Source: Phallusia mammillata (lineage: Eukaryota). Taken from it: a stretch of DNA of 64,000 bases. A program made the translations under genes and the position numbers. Shown piece after piece: positions 36,196 through 48,100 of the stretch; the stretch's first letter is position 1, and every line of letters starts with the position of its first letter. The notes beneath the pieces were generated by a model, which worked only from the letters and a program-made list of their open reading frames with translations, was not told where the DNA came from and did not search any database. Location: contig OZ281496.1 in the NCBI GenBank assembly GCA_965637545.1, positions 3,162,001-3,226,000 of the forward strand, given 5' to 3'.

Positions 36196-39100
36196 ATGAC
36201 AAGTCGACTATTAAAAGCGGCGCTTTTTGTCAGCACGCTCAGTACGCTGCACCGAGGTTAGTTACTTTGTGATTTTATTTGTGATTTCAACTTGAGTGGT
36301 ATGTATAATAAATAAGATTAAACTTTATAGTGCTGTTTTCTTGAGGACCACAGGTATAGACTCACTAGAAACATCATCCAAAAGAAATTGAGAATGTGTT
36401 GCAAGTATCACAGATCCTAATGCTACAAAAATAGGACTACGGATTTTGATGGTTACTTAATGGGTCTACGGGTCCCAAAGGTGACTTAAAGGGAAAAGCG
36501 ATAAAGGTTGGAAATCACTGTTTTAGCACTGGCACAAAAATTCAGGCACCACATTTATGATATTTTGTTTAGTATTTGTTTAAATATTTTCTACATTGGT
36601 ATTAATGCAAAAAAGTACTTTCTTTGCTAATACGTTCGTATCCATGAAAATATTGGTTGTGGTTAGGAGAAGTCGTGCAAAGCATCGTTTTCAACTTGAT
36701 ATAGATTTTCAATAACAATATAAAGATCCACGCTAACATCTCTAAAATCAATCTAAAACTAACACCACATGGCAAATGATTCGATACTGCAAGGAAGGGC
36801 ATACGAGTTACTGTTACGTCACAAATTTTTAACGAAAATATTGGTACATAAACATTTTATGTTTTTTTGTGCTATGTTGTATACTGTTCTTTAACAAATT
36901 GTGACAACCGGGCCGCAGTACACCAACCAAGTAGCATCCCAAAAACCCTTTGTGTCACATAACAATAGCTTGTCATACGACACAATGAGAGATTTTGCGT
37001 TATCTTTGCGGACATTGAAAGATACATATTTTCATAAATTCAAAGCTTTGGAATATACTGGCTTAACCAACCAAATTGGGCGAAAGACGCCGTCATGCCA
37101 AAAGTGGTACAGGATGTAATTGAGCATAAGCTTATTATACTGTTTTACTTTTTTCAGTTTCGGACACACAGTGTGCAGTGCAAAATGTAAGCGCTGCTTA
37201 TTATGATGCAGCAATTTCCCCTAACTGTAACACATGGGCCCTACGATTTGTTTCAATTGGAGATTCCTCTCGGTTGATTGCCCATATTTATACGGGACAG
37301 CTTGCTGCAAACAACTTTTGCAAGGTAAAACTTTACGAACTTTGTCCTTGAAATGAGCTTAATTCAAAATTCATCTCTTAGTTATCCGGTAATTTCGAAT
37401 TTCATTTCTTACAATTAGGATCTAAATACCTGTTCTTAACCTCATGCGTAAATCGTAAACAAAAAATCTAGATTTACGAGGGATCCGACGACCAAGGTAA
37501 ATTGGCTGGAACGTTGGAAGGTGGAGGCTTATCTTTTCCGGTTATCGTTGAAAGCTCGTCTGCCTACATATCTTGTGTCACAAACCTCACATCGGAATCT
37601 GTGTTCTTTTATCTACAACCATGTAAGTCAGACTGACGATTCAATTTACAACCGAAACTTTAGGCATGTAGATAAAACATGTTTTCGGGTCGGTATCAAG
37701 AACAAATAAAATGACGTCAAATCTATTCTTTTGCTGACGGAAATGTTTGTATATTAATAATTAATTGGTAAACGGATAATTATTAAACACAGTTTCAATG
37801 TACAATAAAATCGTAGTTTGTGAGCACTTTTAATCGACAACTAGATATAAGTCACAGAAAATTGACAACACGATATTCAAAACAACAGCTTGGAACTATT
37901 CTTACTAGTTGCACTGTCTCAAGCTAATCTTTTTGTGTTTTATAGTTACTTCGTGCGGGGAAGATGTTGCTGATATACCGTACAATTTACTCTCTCCGAT
38001 GTTTCCTAGTTACTACCCCAGCTATGCTGGTTGTGTTTGGAGATTTCAAATGAATAGCAGCAGAACCTTGGTGTTCCAATTCTCCACATTTTCCACTGAG
38101 AACTGCTGCGACTTTTTATACGTAAGCAGGGGTGTCACACTCGTGGGGCTTCGAGGGCCATATTGCAGTTGGAAATTATGCTAAGGGCCGCATGTGATTT
38201 TTAATCTAGTTTTATAAACTTCAACCAGGGGAGCACAGCCTTTTCTCCACGACGGCCGCATTGCAGATCCTTATTTCACCTTGTTTTAAAATTACAGATG
38301 TAAAGAAATAGATTTAACTGTTTATGACGTCATAATCTATATTGTGATGACTGTGGTACATGTTTTTCTCATTGTTTGTACACAATAGGCACACAAAAGT
38401 CTGACACATGTGGCTATTTAGGATGGTACTATTCTTTTCAGTACCACAAAATTTGTTTAGTGCAGTTTGAAAGTCAAAATATTTGGCAAATGTGTTTTAT
38501 TTACGTCACGGCGCGCAGAACAAGTAATGTATTTTAATAAACATGTTCATGGCTGCATAAACTCGTCTCTATGGCCACACGTGTCCGTACGGCCGCAAGT
38601 TGTGCAACCCTGACTGAAACTAAACGCTTTTTATAGTTAGAGGAACGGTTTACTATCGTTTCTATTCATAACATATGAATTTTTATTTCTTTATTAAAAT
38701 TCTAGCTGTAAATGACTGTTTAATGAATAGCTTCAACTTTGAATAGTTACAAAATGATTATATTTTGATAAAAATCTGATTAGGTACTACAATTTTTCTG
38801 ACTAAGTACTACAATTGTTGATTGTTTGAGGGCCGCATTAGAGGGCTTGGTGGGCCGCACGTTTGACACCCCTGTCTTAGAGCATATTATAAACTAAATT
38901 ACAGGTTCCAGGAGAGGGAATCCCGACATGAGAAAATTTTGCTTGTAAAATGAGGGTAGTGTAAAGAAAATATTTTTTTTTCTCTCTTTATTGAAAATGG
39001 TAATGTTGTCGACGCAAATAATCGAGTGGAAACGGTTTGTTATTTTTAGGAGATTTCCTGCCGTACGCACTGAAATTCATATATGTATAAGTTTATTTGA

Positions 39101-42100
39101 AAAAAATGGATTTTTGAGTAACATATTTATTATAAACTGCTTTTCCAGTTTGCTTCTAATATTGAGAAATGCAATCAATATGCTTAAGGTGGCAGAAATC
39201 CTATTTTTGTCAAGCGCCTAATTTTATGATGAGAAACTTGCTGGCTTAAGGAGGTATGCGGCCTTTTAAGACATCAAGTGTGGCCTTCGGGGAATAATTG
39301 TTAACATTTGTATTGTTTTTAGTTCAAGAACGAAGCAGGTAAAGTGGACAAATTTTCGGGGGGGCTTGGGTCATTTTATTACACGGTGACAGCAACTAAT
39401 CTCACTGTCTTGTTTCTGAGCGACTTTAGTGGGCCGAGTACTGGATTTAGTGCGACAGTAGGTGAGACAACTCTCCTTCTAGGTACAAAATGTCAACATG
39501 CAAATGATTAAAATACACTTGAACTCAGCCAGCATGCGTTATAGGTTAAGAGTGGTCTGAAAATAAATTTTCAATATATATTTTAAAAACTTGAATTAAC
39601 AAATTTAATTTGATGTGCTGAAGTAAATTTTAATCCACATAAGGCAGAATAGTGCTCGAACTTCTATATTTCGTTCACAAATTGTTTTTTTTTATATATA
39701 CAGTAGAAACACAATCATCAGTTGAATGTAGGACTGAAAACTTGATCATCAGGTGGGTTACTATTTTCTTTTTAATTATTTTGTGAAATTTATTGATAAT
39801 TGTTCAAAGTAATATTCAGAAGATTGTTGAAAAAATTGTAGTACTTCAAGCATTTTGTTGTGCTGCCTGTTTTGTCATAAGCCTGCAATTGCTTGTTTTT
39901 TGTTGATTGAGACATCTTTTACTTATCAGCAATGGGTCTTCTAATGGGATGCCGCTAGAAAAACTGCAACATAGTATAGATGTTTGGAAAATGAAAAAAA
40001 TAACTGGTTGTCTAGACGGGTGACACTAAAACGCTGAATGGGCGGGACGGGCGGGATGGGCGGGACGAGTGGGCAACCGCTAAATATCGGGTAAATTGCT
40101 GACGGTTAGTGCTATTAGGGTTGGGTTGAGGTTTTATAATAGTATATGAATCAAAAAAATGTCCCTGCCTAAAACTTATTCAGCTATTTCCTGACATTCG
40201 GCAAAAATGCTATGGCGGGAGATTGCTTGACGTCTCAGGCGCAGGATGTTTATCTCGGTTGCGGAATGTATCCGGCGAAATTATTTTTAATGATTTTCTA
40301 TTACAAAACTTTATTCCAAACTTAATAGCTCTAACCGTCAGCAATTTAACCCAAAATTCAGCAGTTTTCACGACGTCCCGCCCGTCCCGTCCATTCAGCG
40401 TTTTAGTGTCACCCGTCTAGACTTATAAAATGTACATAAACTTAACAATCTAATATTCGCAGAGTAACAGCTTATCAACAGAACAGATTAGATTACGAAC
40501 TCGACGACACTCTTTACATCGTATTGGACAGGGAAACCTCCCTTTCTCAACTCAATGACAGCTGCAAGGTCACGGGGTCAAACCCAGTGTTTACGTTTGA
40601 CATTGGCCAATGCAAAGGTGTTTTTAAGGTAAAATTGGATTTTGTTCTGAACTCATAGACTATATGTCCTTATTGTTTTTTAAGACAACATTATCCGTTA
40701 GGGGTAATAATAAAGTGTAATAAGCTTTTATTGCTGCATAATAAAAAGCTGCCAATTTGGAAATATGTAATTTTCGTGCTCTTATACAGAATGCAAACGG
40801 TACGGTGTCGGTGTCTTTCCTGATCTGGAGATACCTAGCTCCATCCCCTGCAGTGATCCAGCGTGACGTTCAAAACAAGCTCAATGTGACTTGTTTATTT
40901 GACGCGGACCTTCTTATCTCGTCATCCAAAATTAGTACACAAATCGGGTAAGGAAAAGAAAAACAAACCATTATATAACAGCTATGGAGTGGCATTCGGC
41001 ACAAGACAACATGTACAAGACACACAGTAGGCGTCATAAAACGTAACACGTCGTCTTTTGTTGACAACACTTGGAAACAAATTGACAAAAGCAAAACAGA
41101 ATGTTGCACATGACAAAAACATCCAACCACTCCACGAATGGCATACGGCTGTGAACACATTACACACGACACAGAACACATAAATCTACCCTTGGCACAA
41201 TACACCTGGCCCCCACGACATGAAATACGGTAAAAATATATCACATCTACAACATGTCACAAAGCATGCACCCAACAGCACCTGCCACACTATGTATGAC
41301 ACGGACCACAGTTTGCCTGTCCTTCCTTTTTTCGGTAATTTCGGTTGTTATGTGCACTTTGCCATATTAGGTGGCAAAATCGTTACGGGGTGGCTTAGTA
41401 CTTCTCAGATAATGCCAAATGTTGTGGAGAGTGTGTTTGTATTGCTTTCTTTTGTAGATACAATTTCTGATACAATCAAAGCACAACATGATGATACAAA
41501 AAAAGGACAAAATTGATTCTGTACGTTTCTAAAGACATTAAACTGTGTAGTATATTATAAATCACGAGTCACCAGAGACTCAATACGACAGATGGAGACA
41601 ACAGTCGCATATAATAACAGACTGAAAACTTTGACAAGTCTGAAGTCGTCCACCGTTTTATTAGACATATATATTTCGCCTAAGTAATAGGCATCGTCAG
41701 TATCTAAAAACAAAACAGCGCTAAAAAATGGTATGCAGGTATAACTATAAAGCACAAACAAAACATATTAAAAACTGCTGACAGTAAGGTAGAACTGGGA
41801 CCTGCAGATGGCGCGGCCAAACACGCACTAGTAAAGATGGAAAGAAAAGGAAAAACGCTCAATCTGTGGCGCGGGGCAAAAGAAGGTAGATAAGGACGGC
41901 AGAAGCGTTGTAAAAACCAATGCGGAAACACTGATAAAAATGAACGGACAAAAGGCGCGTAGGAATAAACAAATAAAATGTTATTTAATGTAGGGTAAAA
42001 ACATTTTTTGTAAGTTTATTTCAGCTCCAATCTTGCTGGCCCACTTACTTTCATAGATGTCCAGTAGATGGATAGGTGGCTGCTCCAAAAACTGCACCCG

Positions 42101-45100
42101 AAAACACGTGCTGATAGGGTCACGGGCGTTGGCGCTATGCTCTGTGGCATAGTGCTGACAAAGGGCTGCCTTTTCGTTATAATCACCCGGTTTGAAAGAA
42201 TTCCACATAGATCTGTGTCCCGTCCAACGTACTGAAAACTTATTTTTTGTTTGACCGACATACTGCTTTTGGCATATTGTGCAGGTGGCAGCATATATGC
42301 CATAGTTGCGGCATGTGAGTGTTTGCCGTAACTTTGTTACACCCTTTTTGCTTTCTATGTTAGTGGTATAGTCAACCATTCCTTTGTGATTTCCAAAGTG
42401 TCCACACAAAGCACAGTGTCCACAAGGTGCAGATGAGCCCCCAATAGGCATGGAACTGTTTTCCCCGACTTGCGCTAGCCGTCTGTAGCGGGTAAGGAGG
42501 TTTCCGAGTGTTGGTGGTCGTTTGTATGTTATTGTGATATTTTTTACCAAACTTCGGTCTTTTGCGGAAGGTTGTAGTAGTAATGGAAAGCTCGTTGCCC
42601 AAACATTCAGAGCCTTTTGCGAGCTGTTGCCATTCGAGGGTGGAAATCTGTTTGTCCACATACTTGCTTTTTCAATGACGTCATTTGTCATTGACGTAGG
42701 GAAGCAGGATAGTTTGGCTTTGATACGCAGTTTGCCAAGGCTGGCTCTGAAATCATCGTCACGTTCGTTTAAGCGCCGTAGTCGTTTTGACTCTCCATGT
42801 ATAATGGACTTAAAAACGGAAGGAGGGTGGTGGGACCATCCGTTTAAAAATCGTCGGCCGGTTGCGGTGTCTTTGACGTAGTCTGTTGTTTTAAATTTAA
42901 ATTTATTCTGTCGGCTGATGACGTGGTTTACATCCAGAAATGGAATATGCCCCTCGGTTTGGGCGGTTGTAAGGTAGTTGTGGGTTATTTCCAAACCGTG
43001 AGTGGCAAACACGCTCTCGATACCCCTAATGGTTGTTCTGAAGATATCGTAGCCAAAACAGAGATAAATCATATCGTCAATGAACCTCATGAACAGTTCT
43101 GTTCTTTGTATAAAGCACGCTGCCTGCACCATGATATAATGAACGCCAATGTTGGCGAGCGAGACAGAATGGTTGTCACCAGTTACGATGCCCTTTTTCT
43201 GAGTGTAAAAATTGTCCCCGTGTTTGAGGATGGCATTTTCCAAACANNNNNNNNNNNNNNNNNNNNNNNNNNNNNNNNNNNNNNNNNNNNNNNNNNNNNN
43301 NNNNNNNNNNNNNNNNNNNNNNNNNNNNNNNNNNNNNNNNNNNNNNNNNNNNNNNNNNNNNNNNNNNNNNNNNNNNNNNNNNNNNNNNNNNNNNNNNNNN
43401 NNNNNNNNNNNNNNNNNNNNNNNNNNNNNNNNNNNNNNNNNNNNNNCCCTTTGGATTGTCTTTAGTTCGAATAATCTCCACCCTTTCGTTGCTCTGAACT
43501 GCGAGATCTTTGCCTCCTCCGCGGGAATTCGAATTTACATTTCCCGTCATCTCTGCAGCGATGTCCCCTTCTTTTGGAAGCTAATAGAGTACACGACATT
43601 ATAGGAACGAGTATGGCGGGAACATAATACACCGGTTAATAATACCTTGAACTTCTTTCGCATTTCCTTTTCTTTCTTTTCCGCCTCTTTCCTCTTTTTC
43701 TCTTCTTCTTTTGATTTTGCCGTGTCTCTGTAAAGATGTGGACAACAGTTGTATTATCTGATTTTTTTCAACAAATATACGTAAAAAACATCCATAAGCC
43801 CAGTGGTGGGATTTAATTTTTTTTCAGCCGGCTCTGTTACAAAAAGTCCATTGACAGTAACCAGTAATGATAACCGGTTCTATAGAACCGGTGCGAACCG
43901 ACTGAATTCCACCACTGCATAAGCCTACAGTTGACTATTATCACAGGAGCTTACGTTTTTGAATCTTTCCGTTTCACGTATGTTGACGTGTCTTCATAGA
44001 AATCATCTCCCTAAAGTTCAAAGGTCAAAAAAAGTGTTGATAAACAAAAACAAACAATTTCTTACCCCAGTTTCGGGCACAGAAGGTGGAAACATTTCTG
44101 AAAAGGAAAAAACAGTTTTTGACATCTGATTAAATTAGCTAATTTATCCAAAAACGTAATGAATATTACTCAATCACTAACTTTGACTATTGTCTGGTGT
44201 GTCGTCATAAAGCGCTTCCTCTACGTCATCCTCGTCATCCCACGTCGGTCTGAAGATCACAAAGTAAAGGGTATTAAACTTCATCGTGTTTCGAAAACAC
44301 GTAGATAATGTGACAATAGCAGATAAATACGTTGTAAAGAACACTGAAGTACAGGTTTGCTTACGAATTAAATACAAGAGCCCATTCTGGCCATTTCAGC
44401 AAGTGATAATATACTGTATACTTCTGTGTAGGAAGGGGCCGAGCCGAGTCAGAACCCGGTACCGAGCATCGCTGTTTTTGATGCTCTATGCTCGGCTGAG
44501 CAGTTGCACAAACTGAGCCGAGCATCAAATTTGCGTTTTCCTACCATGCTTACATGCGAAACTGATACTCGAAACAATATGAAAAAATATAGGACTGTTT
44601 TAAAATGCGTTAGATGATGGAGAAACGCATACTTCTGTACAGTTTATTGAACCGCTGATGGCGTAAGAAAACCTTGGAAAGTTAAAAAACTAGCGTAGAA
44701 TTGGGAATGTTTGTGACTTCACAATGCACCGTACGTGTTCGGCCGAGCACCAAGCATCAACGTGAGTTGCTCGGTGTTTGACCAAATAGAACATTTGCAG
44801 CTTTGGCCGATTCCTACCTATGTGTGCTAATGTGCCCCTATATGTGACCTGCTAGAGACGTAATTTGTAGCTGGACTTTAAAGATTCTTATGTTGGGATT
44901 CGAACCCACGACAGAAATTTATGTTTTGACACCAATAAATGTGTTTTGCCGACCGACACAAACTTACATGATATCTGCAGATTGTTGTTTCATGAGGGGG
45001 TGTGGGGGTCGAACCGGTTGAGCAATTTCTTCAGCTGTGTCGTCATAGATGTCGTCACCGCCGGCGGGTGGGGGTGGCAGGTTACGGTTTACTAAAAAAA

Positions 45101-48100
45101 CGCAAGTGGAATTTTGACAAAACTCCTCAATGAATGAATCATTTCTCTCTAGCACACAAATCAAATTAACGTAAACAATAAAATGTGACATACCCGGTGG
45201 GAGGGCAGGACCAGATCTGCCAGGAAGCGGGGGTGCAGCTCCTGCAAAAACAACACAGCAATAAGCTTGCAGCGTCGGTTGTAGTCATCAAAAGCTTATA
45301 AACTAACAAAAACAATGACTTCAATGCAGTATTGAAGATATTGTGCAGTGGTTCCCAACCGGGGAGCATTTTAAAAGACTTCAGGGGAGGAATTCACTTT
45401 AATCCGTGCATGTGGTTTGTAAAAAGACACTTCAGCTCTGGAAATATAACCTCTGAAGTTGATAAAATACCCAATTTTAAATTATCTTTGTATGGTTTAG
45501 CATCTACTATGTAGTACATTGGGGAGGAATGAAATTGTTTTGAATCGCAAGGGAGGAATTCGTCGATAAAGGTCGTAAACTACTGATATAGTGTGTATAT
45601 TATGCAGTATTTAATGCATACATAGTATTCAGACAGTTAAAGTATTGCGGACTGGATGATTTAAACACATACCGCTAATAATGCAATGATTCTTAACCTG
45701 TTAGCGTTTACCTCCAAACAGGTGTCTGAGGGTGGCAAAATTATTTTTAGTTCCGTGAGATCATAATGGGTACCTTTGTTTGTTTATTTGTTTTTTAAGG
45801 GAGTAAATGAAATTGTTCTGCTTGTAATCGAGGGTGACGACATAAAATAAGTGAAAAACCACTGCTTTAATTGCAACATATGTTTTAGCGTTCGATAACC
45901 TTTATTAGGGTAATTAACACGGGATGTATAAACTGTATTACATAACATTCAAGCATTGATACAAAAAGCATGTACAGCATATACCCTCCAGTTTTTATTG
46001 ACCAATTCAACTATTTTCACTTATATTTAAACTCTTCTGTCCACTGGACTTCTAATTATGCATTTTTATTCGGTGCTGGAAAATTTTCTAGAAGTGTATC
46101 CATCAAAATGGCACAGTTTCAAACCAATCAAAACCCCATACCACAACCAACGGGTGGATTAATTTCACAACTTACCATTACTAACACCGGGGGGCAACGG
46201 CAGGGCTGTTTCGCGGTCACGTGGTCCACCAGGCGGTAAGGGGGGAGGCAGGTCATGTGATGAACCACCTGGAGGTACTGGAAGGGGAAAGTCCCTTGCT
46301 CCAGGGGTCGGTGGAAGGTCACGTGCTCCAGGAGTGGGGGGCAACTCGTCGTGTGCCCCGGGCGTGGGAAGGGGCCGACGCGACAAGGTTCCTGATAAAA
46401 TGAACAAGTTGGAATACTGACAGTAGGATCTAATTAGGTGCTTGTCAACTTTTTTAAAATGGTACACCCTTTAAACGTTTACTCGAAAATTTTACAAAAC
46501 ACAAACCTGTCTGTTGTGATGCGTGGTTATGTATCTGGTACACCCCATCAAAGTGGTACACTCTTTAAAAATTATGGTACACCCTGGGGTGTACGATACA
46601 CCCGGTTGAAAAGCACTGATCTAATTTACTGAAACGTAATGTACCATGAATGCATCATAAACACATGGTTGTCTTACCGTCCTTAATTCTAAGATTTGTC
46701 TTTATTTTCAAGGGTTAAGTATTTGTTACGAACAAGGAGTTGCTGGAACAGATTGTTTCTGGCAAAAAATATGTCATGGATCGTTTAAATAAATGCAAAG
46801 ATTTGTTCAACAGCGTTTCGGTTGTCCTTATTTTAGATCCATGTCGATGGTAACCTTGCTTATATAGCTGGTCAGGTGTTTTCAATTACACTAAAAGTTC
46901 GTAAACCATTTTGGCTAACGATTTTTACCTGTGTCCATCGAAGTTTTTCTGTCCGCACCGGGAAAGGGGGGAAGTCCCCGGTTGTGAGAAGGACTCGGCG
47001 GAGGCAAGGCTACAAATAGCGTAATAAGCATTATAATACGGACATTTTGTCTGAAGATTTTTGTACTTTACCGCGTTAAAGTTCTAACTACTGATTTGTT
47101 TCTTAAAATACTGCGTTTAAGCAAATTGTTATTTCATAACGTTTCTAGCAAAATTGGTAATACACAGCCCACTATTTCTTTGGAAAAGTTACCCTGTGAA
47201 AATTTTTTAGCCTAAAAGATAACTACATTGGATTACGTCATCATCCACAAAATGACGTAACTTTATTTGTTATAGTTAGCGATACACGTGCATGTAGCTT
47301 TTTAGTTGTACAAACCGCTATAAAAAAAGTTTTATAAAAAAACGGCATTCTGTACCACAAGGCTTTCTGCCATCATTGTCAACAACAAAGGAAGTTGGGC
47401 GAAAGATTAATGGAGTGTTTCTTATGCTCACCTGGGGGTCTTCCTGGAAGTTGAACATTGAAGGGTTTAGAGGGTTTGGGGGGTGGAGGGCGATTCATGA
47501 TGTGAGGAGGAATTTGTTTTCTTGGGTATTTCCCAGTGCCTGTATAAAAAAAACAGCGACCGGGTACAGTTTTAAAAGTCTTTAACACTCTACCGCACTA
47601 TGAAGTGTCCTTGTAAAACTATTGAGTTGAAAAGTAATCTAGAGCGCCTGATTGTAAATTTGAAATCGGGCATCAAATTTCAGCACTCACCCGATATTAA
47701 ACTGTGTAGTATATTATAAATCACGAGTCACCAGAGACTCAGTACGACAGATGGAGACAACAGTCGCATATAATAACAGACTGAAAACTTTGACAAGTCT
47801 GAAGTCGTCCACCGTTTTATTAGACATATATATTTCGCCTAAGTAATAGGCATCGTCAGTATCTAAAAACAAAACAGCGCTAAAAAATGGTATGCAGGTA
47901 TAACTATAAAGCACAAACAAAACATATTAAAAACTGCTGACAGTAAGGTAGAACTGGGACCTGCAGATGGCGCGGCCAAACACGCACTAGTAAAGATGGA
48001 AAGAAAAAGAAAAACGCTCAATCTGTGGCGCGGGGCAAAAGAAGGTAGATAAGTACGGCAGAAGCGTTGTAAAAACCAATGGCGGAAACACTGATAAAAA

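Larger units (their letters stand above)
43447..47539 (-). pseudogene. FYB: FYB/ADAP (SLAP-130)/PRAM1-family adaptor gene fragment: nine internal exons with introns, no 5' exons
   Basis: Phase-consistent exons 47539-47432 (IPPHIMNRPPPPKPSKPFNVQL, cf. ADAP PPPPKPNRPPNVDL), 47009-46929, 46391-46176, 45241-45194, 45091-44968 (DDIYDD), 44249-44182 (EALYDD), 44097-44066, 44010-43955 (DDFYED), 43727-43646 (EKKEKEMRKKFK), then 43580-gap (GGGKDLAVQSNERVEIIRTKDNPKG, hSH3, cf. ADAP GGKNELSFKQGEQIEIIRITDNPEG). That is nine complete exons plus one cut by the gap. No stops seen; called a fragment because the upstream intron is cut at 47697. Confidence 0.85.
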
